Positions 1-9,257 of a stretch of 64,000 bases of DNA are shown piece by piece. How positions within the stretch are numbered: the first letter of the stretch is position 1; each line of letters opens with the position of its first letter. The DNA is from an uncultured delta proteobacterium (GTDB taxonomy: Bacteria; Myxococcota_A; Polyangia; Polyangiales; JAFGIB01). A program made the position numbers and the translations under genes. The notes beneath the pieces were generated by a model. It was not told the DNA's origin and did no database searches. It saw only the letters and a list, made by a program, of their open reading frames with translations. Location: assembly GCA_963778655.1 (NCBI GenBank), contig CAVZVA010000005.1, forward strand, positions 384,001-448,000. The letters run 5' to 3'.

Positions 1-563
1 TGCTCTCCGCGCGGGTCTGCAACGAGGAACAAGACATCCTGATCGGCACCGCGCGCGGGATGTCGATCCGTTTCCACGCCGCGGACGTGCGGCGCATGGG
101 CCGGGACGCGCGCGGGGTGCGAGGGATCGAGCTGCGCGAAGGCGATGCCGTGATCGGCATGGACGTGATCCAGTCCGAGGAGCAGCAGGTGCTCAGCGTG
201 AGCGCGAACGGCTACGGCAAGCGTACGCCGCTGAGCGAATGGCGGGTGCAGAACCGCGGCGGCATCGGCATCATCGCGATGGACGCCTCGGCTCGCAACG
301 GGGCGGTGGTGAGCCTGTGCCTGGTGACCGAGGTCGATGAGCTGGTAGCGGTGACCGACGCCGGCCAGCTGATCCGCACCAACCTCTCCGAGGTGCGGCT
401 GGCCGGGCGCAACACGCAGGGCGTTCGGGTGATCCGTCTGGACGACAACGAGCGCGTGGTCGACGTGGGCTTGATCGCGGAGCGCGACGAGGAAGGGCAG
501 GGCGGCAGCATGCCGCCGCCCAACAACCCGCCCGAGGGCGAGCCGCCCAGCAACGGCGCGTGA
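1..563 (+). CDS. gyrA: DNA gyrase subunit A, C-terminal beta-pinwheel (5' truncated by window edge)
   Basis: Repeated GyrA CTD blades: 'VRRMGRDARGVRGI', 'GYGKRTPLSEWRVQNRGGIG', 'VRLAGRNTQGVRVIRL'; acidic/Pro tail; frame open from position 3. Confidence 0.92.
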   Translation, partial: LSARVCNEEQDILIGTARGMSIRFHAADVRRMGRDARGVRGIELREGDAVIGMDVIQSEEQQVLSVSANGYGKRTPLSEWRVQNRGGIGIIAMDASARNGAVVSLCLVTEVDELVAVTDAGQLIRTNLSEVRLAGRNTQGVRVIRLDDNERVVDVGLIAERDEEGQGGSMPPPNNPPEGEPPSNGA

Positions 564-628
564 CCCTCGCGCAACGAGGCGGCGAGGCCCGGCGCCGCGC
601 GCGCGAGCGTGCTATCGTAGCGGCCGTC

Positions 629-1222
629 ATGGGCCGCCACGCCAAGCTCGAGCGCAAGACGCGCGAGACCCAGATCCGCGTCGAGGTCGATCTCGACGGC
701 AGCGGGCAACACCGCATCGACACGCCGCTGCCTTTCCTCAGCCACATGCTCGACCAGCTCGGCCGCCACGGCATGCTCGACCTGACGGTGCAGGCCAGCG
801 GCGATGTCGAGATCGACGGCCACCACACCACCGAGGACATCGGGATCGCGATCGGCCAGGCGGTGGCGCAAGCGCTGGGCGACCGCGCGGGGATTCGCCG
901 CTACGGCTCGGCCACGCTGCCGATGGACGAGGCGTGCGTGACCTGCGCGCTCGACCTCTCGGGGCGCCCGTACTTCGTGTGGCGCGTGGCGCTGCCCAAG
1001 GCCAAGCTCGGGGAGTTCGACAGCGAGCTCGCGGAGGTGTTCTTCGAAGGCTTCGCGCGCGGCGCGGGCTGCAACCTGCACCTGCACCTGATCGAGGGGC
1101 ACGTGCTGCACCACATCATCGAGATCTGCTTCAAGGCCCTGGCGCGGGCGCTGCGCCAGGCGGTGGAGCTCGAGCCGCGCTCTTCGGCCGTGCCCTCGAC
1201 CAAGGGCACGCTGGTCGAGTAG
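629..1222 (+). CDS. hisB: Imidazoleglycerol-phosphate dehydratase
   Basis: 'RKTRETQI', 'FLSHMLDQL', 'DGHHTTEDIGI', 'PMDEA', 'HHIIEICFKA'; start taken at ATG 629. Confidence 0.96.
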   Translation: MGRHAKLERKTRETQIRVEVDLDGSGQHRIDTPLPFLSHMLDQLGRHGMLDLTVQASGDVEIDGHHTTEDIGIAIGQAVAQALGDRAGIRRYGSATLPMDEACVTCALDLSGRPYFVWRVALPKAKLGEFDSELAEVFFEGFARGAGCNLHLHLIEGHVLHHIIEICFKALARALRQAVELEPRSSAVPSTKGTLVE

Positions 1223-1229
1223 GTAGGCC

Positions 1230-1970
1230 GTGGAGCTGATTCCCGCCATCGACCTGCTCGGCGGCAAGGTGGTGCGCCTGCGCAAGGGCGACTACGCGGC
1301 GGTCACCGTCTACTCGGACGACCCCGCGGGCCAGGCACGGGGCTTTTGGGAGCAGGGCGCGCGACGCCTGCACGTGGTCGACCTCGACGGCGCGCGCGAT
1401 GGCAAGGCAGGCAACGCCGAGGCGATCGCGGCCATCCTGCAGGCGGCCCCGCTGCAGCTGCAGGTGGGCGGCGGCATCCGTGACCGCGCGGGCGCGGAGC
1501 GCTGGCTGCAGGCCGGCGTGGCGCGGGTCGTGCTCGGCACCGCGGCGATCAAGCAGCCGGAGCTGGTGCAGGCGTTGTGCGCTGCCCACCCGGGCTGCGT
1601 GATCGTGGCGGTCGACGAGCGCGACGGCGAGGTCGCGGTGGAGGGCTGGCTGCAAGGCAGCGGCCGCAGCGCGCTCTCGCTCGCCCGCCAGGTCGACGCC
1701 TGGGGCGCGGCCGCGATTCTTCACACCGTGATCGATCGCGATGGCACCAATCAGGGGCCCGATGTGGGGGCGACGGCCGCACTACAGGCCGAGGTGGCCG
1801 CGACCGTGATTGCCTCGGGCGGCATCGGCAGCCTCGAGCACGTCCGCGCGCTGGCAGCCGCCGGCGTGCGGGCCGCGGTGTGCGGCCGCGCGCTCTACAG
1901 CGGCGCGTTCAGCCTCAGCGACGCGCTGGCGGCCGCCGGCGCGGGCTCGGCGGCGCCGCCGAGTCGATGA
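1230..1970 (+). CDS. hisA: ProFAR isomerase
   Basis: 'IPAIDLLGGKVVRL', 'LHVVDLDGA', 'QVGGGIR', 'VIASGGIGSL'. Confidence 0.95.
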   Translation: MELIPAIDLLGGKVVRLRKGDYAAVTVYSDDPAGQARGFWEQGARRLHVVDLDGARDGKAGNAEAIAAILQAAPLQLQVGGGIRDRAGAERWLQAGVARVVLGTAAIKQPELVQALCAAHPGCVIVAVDERDGEVAVEGWLQGSGRSALSLARQVDAWGAAAILHTVIDRDGTNQGPDVGATAALQAEVAATVIASGGIGSLEHVRALAAAGVRAAVCGRALYSGAFSLSDALAAAGAGSAAPPSR

Positions 1971-2017
1971 ACTCGCGCGCGAGTTTCGTGATACTTCTGA
2001 GCGCTCTCTGATCCAGC

Positions 2018-3520
2018 ATGAGCCTGAGCATCGAGCAACTGCTGTCGGCCTTGGCGCGCAAGGGCATTCCGCTGCCCTTCGAGATGGGCGCGTTCGTTCT
2101 GCTCGAGGCCACCGAGCAGGTGCTCGTGCTGGAGGCCACCTCGGATGCGCCGTCGCTGCCGCTGGTGGCGGCCGCCGAGGTGGAGCTCAGCGACGAGGGC
2201 GAAGTGTCGATCGGCGCCACGCCGCCCGCGGCCACGGAACAGGACGCCTGTCATGCGCTGGTCTCGCTGCTCGGCGACCTGCTGGTGCGCTCGGCGCCCG
2301 GTGTGCCGCCCATGCTGCTCGAGCTGGTCGAGCAGGGACCGAGCGACGGCCAATGGACGCTGCTGCGCCTGCGCGACGACCTCGAGGCCACGCTGGTCCC
2401 GCTCAACCGCGGCGCCATGCGCCGTGTCCTCGCCCGCTTGCTGCGCGAGGTGCGGCGCGACACGGGGCGCACCGCCGCCGCGTCCGTGTCCACGCCCGAC
2501 TCCGACGCCCTCGACGACGAGCTCGACGCGGTGCTGGGCACGCCGTCGCCCTCGCGCAGGCTGCGCCCGCGCGAGGACATCACGGCCGAGGTGGACCTCG
2601 ACGAGTTGCGCCCCGATCGCTCGGCGGACCCACCGGCGCGGGCGCCCGAGCGAACGCCCGCGACGCGGCCCGCGCGCAAGGCCAGGCCGCGCGCCACGCC
2701 CCCGCGCGCGGCGCTGGCGGCGCCGCGCGTGCCGCGCGAGCTCACGGCCGAGGCGGCGCGACCGGGCCACGGCGGGGTCGCCATGCTGGACGAGCTCGAG
2801 CATGCGATGTCGCGCGGAGGCGCCGGGGTCGGAGCGCGACTGGGTCTGGGGCTGGCGCTGCTGGCTGGCGTGCTGATCGCCGCGTACGTGATGCTCGGGC
2901 GCGACGGCGCGCGCTCGCTGCTCGGGCTGCGCGGCCCGGCGCCCACCAGCTCCGCGGCCGCGCCCAAGCCCGAGCACAAGCCCATGCCGCGAGTGGGCGA
3001 GCTGCGCGTGCAGAGCACCCCCGAGCGCGCGCAGGTGTTGATGCTGATCGGCGCCGGGCCGGCCGTAGCGCCCAAGCTACCCCTGGGCGTGGCCTACGAG
3101 TTCGTCGCAGTGGCACCCGGCCACGCGCCCTCGCGCGCGGTGGTCCCCGCCGACGCGCAGTGGCAGCACGAAGGGGGCGAGCCGCGCTACGAGCTGGCGC
3201 TGCAGCTGGGCGACGCCAGCCCGCACCACGGGGAGTGGGAGCTGGGGCCGACGCGCCTGCCGCAGGAGATGGGCAGCCCCGAGGCGCAGCTCGGCTCGGT
3301 GCGCGTGATCACCTCGCCGCCGGGCGCCAAGGTCTACCAGCTGATCGGCTTCACGCCCGACGTACGGGTGGAGAATCAGCCGATTGACGCGCCCGTGGAG
3401 CTGCTGGTCTACCTGGACGGCTACGGCGTGGCCAAGCTCAGCGCGAGCGCCGCCGACTACAAGCCGGAGGGTGACCACCTGGTCGCGAGCCTCAGCGCCA
3501 CGCTGACCAAGCACAAGTGA
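2018..3520 (+). CDS. Hypothetical membrane protein (cytoplasmic N-domain, Pro/Arg linker, one TM helix, two PEGA-like repeats)
   Basis: 500-aa ORF with host-like codon usage; TM 'LGLGLALLAGVLIAAYVML'; 'LRVQSTPERAQV' and 'VRVITSPPGAKVY' resemble PEGA starts. Confidence 0.7.
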   Translation: MSLSIEQLLSALARKGIPLPFEMGAFVLLEATEQVLVLEATSDAPSLPLVAAAEVELSDEGEVSIGATPPAATEQDACHALVSLLGDLLVRSAPGVPPMLLELVEQGPSDGQWTLLRLRDDLEATLVPLNRGAMRRVLARLLREVRRDTGRTAAASVSTPDSDALDDELDAVLGTPSPSRRLRPREDITAEVDLDELRPDRSADPPARAPERTPATRPARKARPRATPPRAALAAPRVPRELTAEAARPGHGGVAMLDELEHAMSRGGAGVGARLGLGLALLAGVLIAAYVMLGRDGARSLLGLRGPAPTSSAAAPKPEHKPMPRVGELRVQSTPERAQVLMLIGAGPAVAPKLPLGVAYEFVAVAPGHAPSRAVVPADAQWQHEGGEPRYELALQLGDASPHHGEWELGPTRLPQEMGSPEAQLGSVRVITSPPGAKVYQLIGFTPDVRVENQPIDAPVELLVYLDGYGVAKLSASAADYKPEGDHLVASLSATLTKHK

Positions 3521-3549
3521 CGTGGCGGGCCGCGGGCCGAGGACAAGAC

Positions 3550-3610
3550 AACAGCAAGACGGGAAGGCCAGAAGGCCAGATCCGCAGCCGGTCTTCCCGC
3601 TTCCTTTGAA
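3550..3610. repeat. REP-like palindrome, family A (8-bp GACGGGAA/GGCGGGAA units)
   Basis: 'aacagcaagacgggaagg...tcttcccgcttcc' between convergent genes; matches copies at 22877, 24854, 41907, 44067 and 53041. Confidence 0.7.
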
Positions 3611-3629
3611 TCGCTGGCTCGCTTGGCGC

Positions 3630-4983
3630 TCAGCCGCGGGCTTCCGTGACCACGCCCTCGACCTCGGCGCGGATGGTGTCCAGACGCGCCTGCGAGCCCG
3701 CCTCGAAGCGCAGCACCAGCGCGGGCTGCGTGTTGGAGGCGCGCACCAGACCCCAGCCGTCCTCGAACTTGATCCGCGCACCGTCGACGTCGAGCACCTC
3801 GTGCGTGGGCCGGAAGCGCTCCAGCACCCGACCGACCACGTCGAATTTGACCGCGTCGGGACAATCGACGCGGATCTCGGGCGTAGCGTAGGTCACGGGC
3901 ACGTCGGCCAGCAGCTCCGACAGGGGCTGGCCCGCGGCCGCCACGATTTCGAGCGCGCGAAGCGAGGCATAGATCGCGTCGTCGAAGCCGTAGTAGCGAT
4001 CCGCGAAGAACAGGTGCCCACTCATCTCGCCGGCCAGCAGCGCCGACTCCTCCTTCATCTTCTTCTTGATCAGCGAGTGGCCGGTCTTCCACACGATCGG
4101 GCGCCCGCCGTGGCTGGCAATGTCGTCGTACAGCGTCTGCGAGCACTTCACCTCGCCCAGAATCGGTGCCCCCGGATGCCGGCGCAGGATCTCGCGCGAG
4201 AACAGGATCAGGATGCGGTCGCCCCAGATGATCTCGCCGCGTTCGTCGATCAGTCCGAGTCGGTCGGCGTCGCCGTCGTAGGCGATGCCGAGCTCCAGCT
4301 GCTGGTCGCGCACGCGCTCGATCAGCGCGCTCAGGTTCTGCGGCATGGACGGGTCCGGGTGATGGTGGGGAAAGCGTTCCGTCCATCTCGCAGTACATGG
4401 CCTCGGGCGCGAGGCCAAGCGCGTGCATCGCCGCCAGCGCGAGCGGCCCCCCGGCGCCGTTGCCGGCGTCGACCGCAAAGCGCAGGTCCGTGCGCGCGAG
4501 CCGCAGATTGCCGCGCATGTAGCCGCAGTAGGCCGGCTGCGGGTCGTAGCTCTCGACCCGACCGCCGCCCGGGAGGTCGAAATCCTGGCGCGTGATCATC
4601 TCGCGCAGCGCGCGGATCTCGTCGCCCGCCAATGTCTGCTTGCCGCACATCAGCTTGAAGCCGTTTTCGTGCGGCGGATTGTGGCTGCCGGTGATCTGCA
4701 CGCCGCCCTCGAGGTCGCGGTGAAACACCCCGAAGTAGAGCAGCGGCGTGGGACCGATGCCCTGGTCGACCACGTGCATCCCCGCCTGCAGCAAGCCCTC
4801 GAGCAGCGCCGCGTGCAGCCGGTCCGAGCTCAGCCGGCAGTCGCGCCCGAGCGCCATCGAGCGCTTGCCCTGTCGCGCGAGGAAGCTGCCGAAGGCGCGT
4901 CCGAGGTCCCGCGCCAGCTCGTCGTCGAGATCGCGCTCGGCCTCGCCGCGGATGTCGTACTCTCGAAAGATAAGCGGATTCAT
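3630..4983 (-). CDS. Phosphomannomutase/phosphoglucomutase (AlgC-like), apparent +1 frameshift at ~4377
   Basis: First frame: 'IFREYDIRG', 'ITGSHNP'. Second frame: 'FPHHHPDP', 'AYDGDADR', 'AGEMSGH', 'RASNTQP'. Removing one base at 4377-4378 restores ...MDGRFPHHHPDP. Confidence 0.9.
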
Positions 4984-5023
4984 GTCGGCTCCATCGGTGG
5001 CGGCCGCTCCGGGCCGCGTTGAT

Positions 5024-6133
5024 TCAGAGATGGCGCGTGCGGCCGCGGGCCCTCAGCGTCTTGACCACCTGGCCGACGTCCTGGGCGCGGTCGCGCGGCA
5101 CCACCAGCAGCGCGTCAGGCGTGTCGACCACCACCAAGTCCTCGACCCCCAGCAGCACCACCAGCTTGTCCGGCGCGGCGCTGACCAGGCAACCGCCGGC
5201 GTCGATCGCCAGCAACTCGGCGCGCGCCGCATTGCCTTCGGGGTCCTTGGCGGCGAGCGCCCAGGCGGCGCCCCAGCTGCCCAGGTCGTCCCAGCCGAAG
5301 GCGGCCGGCACCACCACGATACCGTCGGTCTTTTCCATCACGCCGTAGTCGATCGACACGGCCTGCAACGCCGGATAGCTCTCGGCCACCACGGCCTGCT
5401 CGGCGCCGGCGTCCTGCGCGTGCTCGCAGCGCGCCACGAAGGCGCCGAGCTCGGGCAGGTGGCGCGCGATCGCGCGCAGGATCACGTCCGCGCGGAAAAA
5501 GAACATGCCGCTATTCCACAGATGCCGGCCGCTCTGCGCGAAGCGCTGTGCGCGCTCGCGGTCGGGCTTCTCGATGAACGCGTCGACCCGGTGCACGCCC
5601 TCGCTGACCGGCTCGCCGACCTCGAGATAGCCGTAGCCCGTCTCCGCGCGCGAGGGCTTGACGCCCAGCGTCGCGATCGCGCCGCCGGCTGCCGCCTGTA
5701 GCGCGCGCTCCAGCGCGGCCTGAAACAGGCGCTCGTCCCCGATGTGGGGGTCGGCCGGTAGCGCCGCGATCACGCCCCGCGGGGCGCGCTTGCGGATGCG
5801 CGCGGCGGCCCACGCCAGGCATGGCGCGGTGTTGCGTCCGAGCGGCTCGAGCAGCAGGTTCTGCTCCGGCAACCCGGGTAGCTGCTCGCGCGCCAGCGCA
5901 CCGTGCGGCTCGCCGGTCACGACCAGCACACGCGGGAGCCCGACCAGCGCGGCGGCGCGCCGTACGCTGGCTTGCAGCAGGCTCTCCGCCGAGCCGGCCA
6001 GCTGCAGGAACTGCTTGGGCCGGGCGGCTCGCGACGCGGGCCAGAAGCGCGTGCCCGAGCCCCCCGCCATCACCACGGCGAAGCACTCCGGCGGCGCTTC
6101 GCCGGCGCGGTCAGCGGCGGGCTTGGACGACAT
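5024..6133 (-). CDS. manC: Mannose-1-phosphate guanylyltransferase
   Basis: 'VMAGGSGTRFWPASR..PKQFL', 'EPLGRNTAP', 'ETGYGY', 'FIEKPD', 'WNSGMF', 'SIDYGVME', 'WDDLGSW'. Confidence 0.93.
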   Translation of the reverse strand: MSSKPAADRAGEAPPECFAVVMAGGSGTRFWPASRAARPKQFLQLAGSAESLLQASVRRAAALVGLPRVLVVTGEPHGALAREQLPGLPEQNLLLEPLGRNTAPCLAWAAARIRKRAPRGVIAALPADPHIGDERLFQAALERALQAAAGGAIATLGVKPSRAETGYGYLEVGEPVSEGVHRVDAFIEKPDRERAQRFAQSGRHLWNSGMFFFRADVILRAIARHLPELGAFVARCEHAQDAGAEQAVVAESYPALQAVSIDYGVMEKTDGIVVVPAAFGWDDLGSWGAAWALAAKDPEGNAARAELLAIDAGGCLVSAAPDKLVVLLGVEDLVVVDTPDALLVVPRDRAQDVGQVVKTLRARGRTRHL

Positions 6134-6256
6134 GGCGGGGCAGGCTAAGGGCAGCTCGCGCGCGGTGCAAGCCGGCGACCGCGCAAACCCCGGCGCCCGG
6201 CGCGAGCCGGGGCGAAAAGCGACCGAAGCTCGCGCCGGCGAAGGTCCCGCACGCGC

Positions 6257-7501
6257 TCAGAAGCCGGCCAGCACGCTCAGGGTGCCGAGCACGGCGGTGG
6301 TGTTGGGCACCTCCGCGCGGTCGTAGTGGAAGTGGTCGAACCAGCTCTTGAGCAGGTCGGCGCCGAGCACGATGTCGAGCCCGCTCAGCAAGCCCAGCAC
6401 CTCGCCCTGGGCATCGGGCGGCACCGACCAGGTGACCTGTCCGCCCAGCAGCGCGCTGCTCATGGGCGAGAGCTCTCTGTCTCCGGTGAAGTACTGGCCC
6501 TTGGGATCGAGCACGTAGTCGTCGGAGTAGAACGCGGCGCCGCTCTGCAGGTAGTAGCGGCCGCGCGCGCGGAAGCGCAGCCCCTGGCCGAGCGTCTGCT
6601 CGTAGCCCAGCTCGGCGCTGAGCGAGCGGATGTTCCAGGTGTCGCGATAGGCGCGCAGCTGCGGCTGCAGCGCGCCCGACAGCGGCGCGATCCAGATGCG
6701 TAGCCCGACCCCGAGCGCATAGCGCGCCCGGTCGTTGGGATGGTGCTCCTGGGCCGCGCTGCGGCCGATGCGCACAGCGCGATACGGATTGGCCTGGAAG
6801 CCGTGCAGGAACTGCGCGCTGGCGATCGCCTGCATGCTCAGCACCGGCGTCCACTGCTGGGTCCAGGCGGCTTGCAGCGTCTGCATCCCCAACGCGCGCG
6901 AGTGGCGATCCTTGCGGGCGGAGTTGAAGCAGCCGTCGGAGGAATCGAGCCGCGCCTTGAGCACCGGCTCGCCGGCATTGGGCCCGTCGCAGACCCGATC
7001 GAAGGCGCGGGCGTAGGTGATCTCCAGCGTGGTGTCGCGGTCGAACAGGTCGGTGCGCGCGCTCGCGTCGAAGGAATTGGAGCGATAGTCGTTCTCGATC
7101 CCGTAGTGATAGTCGCCCGACAGCGTGCTCTGACCGTCGCGGACGCTGAGCCCGCCGCCGACCACGTGGCGCACGTCGTGCACGCTGGCGCTGCTGATCG
7201 CGTCCACGTTGGCCGCGGGCGCGTCGACCACCGCCACGCTGGCACCACTGACCACGTCCGCGGTGTAGGCGGCGTTGACCGCCACGCCGTTGGTCAGGTT
7301 CACGTCCGCGTCCAGCTCTGGGGTGATCACGGTCATGTCGAGCGTGCCGCCGCCCTCGTGGAAGATCGACGAGCCGACCCCGATCTGCGCCCGGCCCGCG
7401 CCCTCGGCCTGGGCGCGCGCCTGGCCGGGCGTGAGCGCCGCGAGCCACAGCGCCGCGCACAGCCATGCTGCGAGGCGGCGCGGGCGCAAAGCTAGTTGCA
7501 T
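6257..7501 (-). CDS. DUF3570-like outer-membrane beta-barrel protein
   Basis: Signal peptide; 'DVVSGAS', 'DAISSAS', 'ENDYRS', 'RAYRDTWNIRS', 'RYYLQSGAAFY'; C-terminal Phe; lies next to a DUF4266 gene. Confidence 0.78.
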   Translation of the reverse strand: MQLALRPRRLAAWLCAALWLAALTPGQARAQAEGAGRAQIGVGSSIFHEGGGTLDMTVITPELDADVNLTNGVAVNAAYTADVVSGASVAVVDAPAANVDAISSASVHDVRHVVGGGLSVRDGQSTLSGDYHYGIENDYRSNSFDASARTDLFDRDTTLEITYARAFDRVCDGPNAGEPVLKARLDSSDGCFNSARKDRHSRALGMQTLQAAWTQQWTPVLSMQAIASAQFLHGFQANPYRAVRIGRSAAQEHHPNDRARYALGVGLRIWIAPLSGALQPQLRAYRDTWNIRSLSAELGYEQTLGQGLRFRARGRYYLQSGAAFYSDDYVLDPKGQYFTGDRELSPMSSALLGGQVTWSVPPDAQGEVLGLLSGLDIVLGADLLKSWFDHFHYDRAEVPNTTAVLGTLSVLAGF

Positions 7502-7761
7502 CCGCAGCCGCCTCCGCGCGCGTTGCCCGCGCCGTACGACCCCTCGCGGTTGTCGAGCATGTGCTCCTCGTGACTCTGGGCCATGCCCCCCGCGGTGAAG
7601 GTCATCGACGGCTCGGCCAGCCGCTCCTTCTCCTCCGGACGCACGGTGGCGCAGCCGTCGAGCACGAGCGTGAACGCCAGCAGCAGGGCGACCACGGCCG
7701 CGCGCGCGACGTCGGTCCGAGCGCGCGCCGGCGACTCAAAAGAACACGGTGAGGCCTGCAC
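7492..7761 (-). CDS. DUF4266-like small lipoprotein
   Basis: 'GCATVRPEEKERLA..M...REGSYG...GGGCGCN' C-terminus; start uncertain (GTG 7761 follows AGGAG). Confidence 0.82.
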   Translation of the reverse strand: MQASPCSFESPARARTDVARAAVVALLLAFTLVLDGCATVRPEEKERLAEPSMTFTAGGMAQSHEEHMLDNREGSYGAGNARGGGCGCN

Positions 7762-8533
7762 TGAGCTCCTCCTGAGAAACGGTGCGGTCGGGCTGGAAGA
7801 ACACATACGAGCGCGCCTCCAGACGCAATGTCAGGCGGTAGCGGAAGCCGATGCGCAGCCCCGCTCCGGCGCTCATGGTGGCGATGCTGCCCGACCTGAG
7901 CAAAAAGGTGTCGGCGTTCGGGCTGCTGGCGGTGACGCCGCCCTGCAGCGTGGCGAAGGGCACGACCGGCGAGCTGGGGAACACGTTCACCACCGGCCCG
8001 AGCGTGGCCAGCAGCAACCTTCCGCCGCTGGCGACCGCGGCCGCCCCGCTGAGCTCGAAGCCGAAGGCCGGGTCGAGCAGCAGCGTGGGGCGCACTGCGA
8101 GCATCCCGCCGCCGGCGAGCATGCCGGCGGTGATCGCGATCTCGCCATGCGCGCCCGGCAGCGGCGGAGGCGCGAACAACCACGGCAGAAAGCGGCCGCC
8201 GTGCGCCTCCTCGTCGCCGACCTCGAGGTTGTAGACCAGATCGCCGGGGATCCAGCCGCGGGTCGAATCGGGCAGCTCGATCTGGAACCAGTAACCCTGG
8301 GTCGCGCGCGCGCGAATCGGGAACACCTGATCGCGCTGGGCGGCGTATACGCGGCGAAAGCCGAGCCCGGGGCCCGCGCGCACGATCGCGGTCTCGACGA
8401 TCACGCGCGCGTAGGGCTGCACCTCGGCCAGGCAGCGCGCCGGCTGCAAGCCAGCGAGCAAGGCCGCGGCCGCGGCCCACAGGCAGGTGCCGCGGCAGGC
8501 CGCGGCTCGCGTGCTGGGGCCCGGCCGGCTCAT
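7736..8533 (-). CDS. SH3-like domain plus outer-membrane beta-barrel protein
   Basis: 'VRAGPGLGFR...YWFQIELPDSTRGWI' (SH3b-like); amphipathic strands ending 'AGLTVFF'; ATGA overlap with upstream gene. Confidence 0.72.
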   Translation of the reverse strand: MSRPGPSTRAAACRGTCLWAAAAALLAGLQPARCLAEVQPYARVIVETAIVRAGPGLGFRRVYAAQRDQVFPIRARATQGYWFQIELPDSTRGWIPGDLVYNLEVGDEEAHGGRFLPWLFAPPPLPGAHGEIAITAGMLAGGGMLAVRPTLLLDPAFGFELSGAAAVASGGRLLLATLGPVVNVFPSSPVVPFATLQGGVTASSPNADTFLLRSGSIATMSAGAGLRIGFRYRLTLRLEARSYVFFQPDRTVSQEELSAGLTVFF

Positions 8534-9027
8534 GGGTTCGCGCCCGAGATCCATTCCACGATCAGCTTGGCGGCCTCGTCGTTCTCGCCGAAGATCGCGC
8601 GCGGGTGCGAAGCGTGATTGAGCGGCCGCAAGTACAGTGGGCTGCTGAGCGGGTCCGACTGCACGCTGAAGCGCACGGCGTCGAGGTTGGACTGGTACGC
8701 GTCCGGAATCGCGTCGGTCACGGCGCCGTTCTTGTCGCAGGGTGGGGGCGCGTCGGTCGCCATCAGGCGCAGCGACGAGCGCGTGTCGTGGCAGCTGCCC
8801 TGCTCGCCGGAGCCTCCGCTGGCGCAGGAGTACTTGGTCAGCACGTCGGGCTGGATCCGGCAGTAGAAGAACGCGTCGTCGAGCTGAAGCTGGGGCGCGA
8901 CGAAATCGTCTCCCAAATCGACCGAGCCGAGCACTCCATTTTCGCGTGCTGGACCGCAACCGAGCAAGAGCAGGGCGAGCAGGGCGAGCTTCCGTCCAGG
9001 ACGCCCGTGAAGCGTTGCGGACCGCAC
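8530..9027 (-). CDS. Hypothetical Cys-containing lipoprotein
   Basis: Lipobox 'LLLLGC'; 'FFYCRIQPDVLTKYSCASGGSGEQGSCH'; start uncertain. Confidence 0.62.
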   Translation of the reverse strand: MRSATLHGRPGRKLALLALLLLGCGPARENGVLGSVDLGDDFVAPQLQLDDAFFYCRIQPDVLTKYSCASGGSGEQGSCHDTRSSLRLMATDAPPPCDKNGAVTDAIPDAYQSNLDAVRFSVQSDPLSSPLYLRPLNHASHPRAIFGENDEAAKLIVEWISGANP

Positions 9028-9257
9028 TGCAGCAGAGTGCCGAACGCTTCCGGGCCGGTCAACGCAGGGTTTTCTGGCACTTCTTCCCCACCTGAGCGTG
9101 TGAACAACGGGCACCAGGTAGGCGTCTGAGCCCCGTGGCCGGCCACGGACGGCCTGCGGCGGCGCCGGCACCGGCGCCGGCTTGAGGGTGCGGTGCAAGT
9201 GGGATACCGTGACCTACTTGTAGGAGGCTAAGTGCCTCTGGTGGAGTGGAGGAACCG

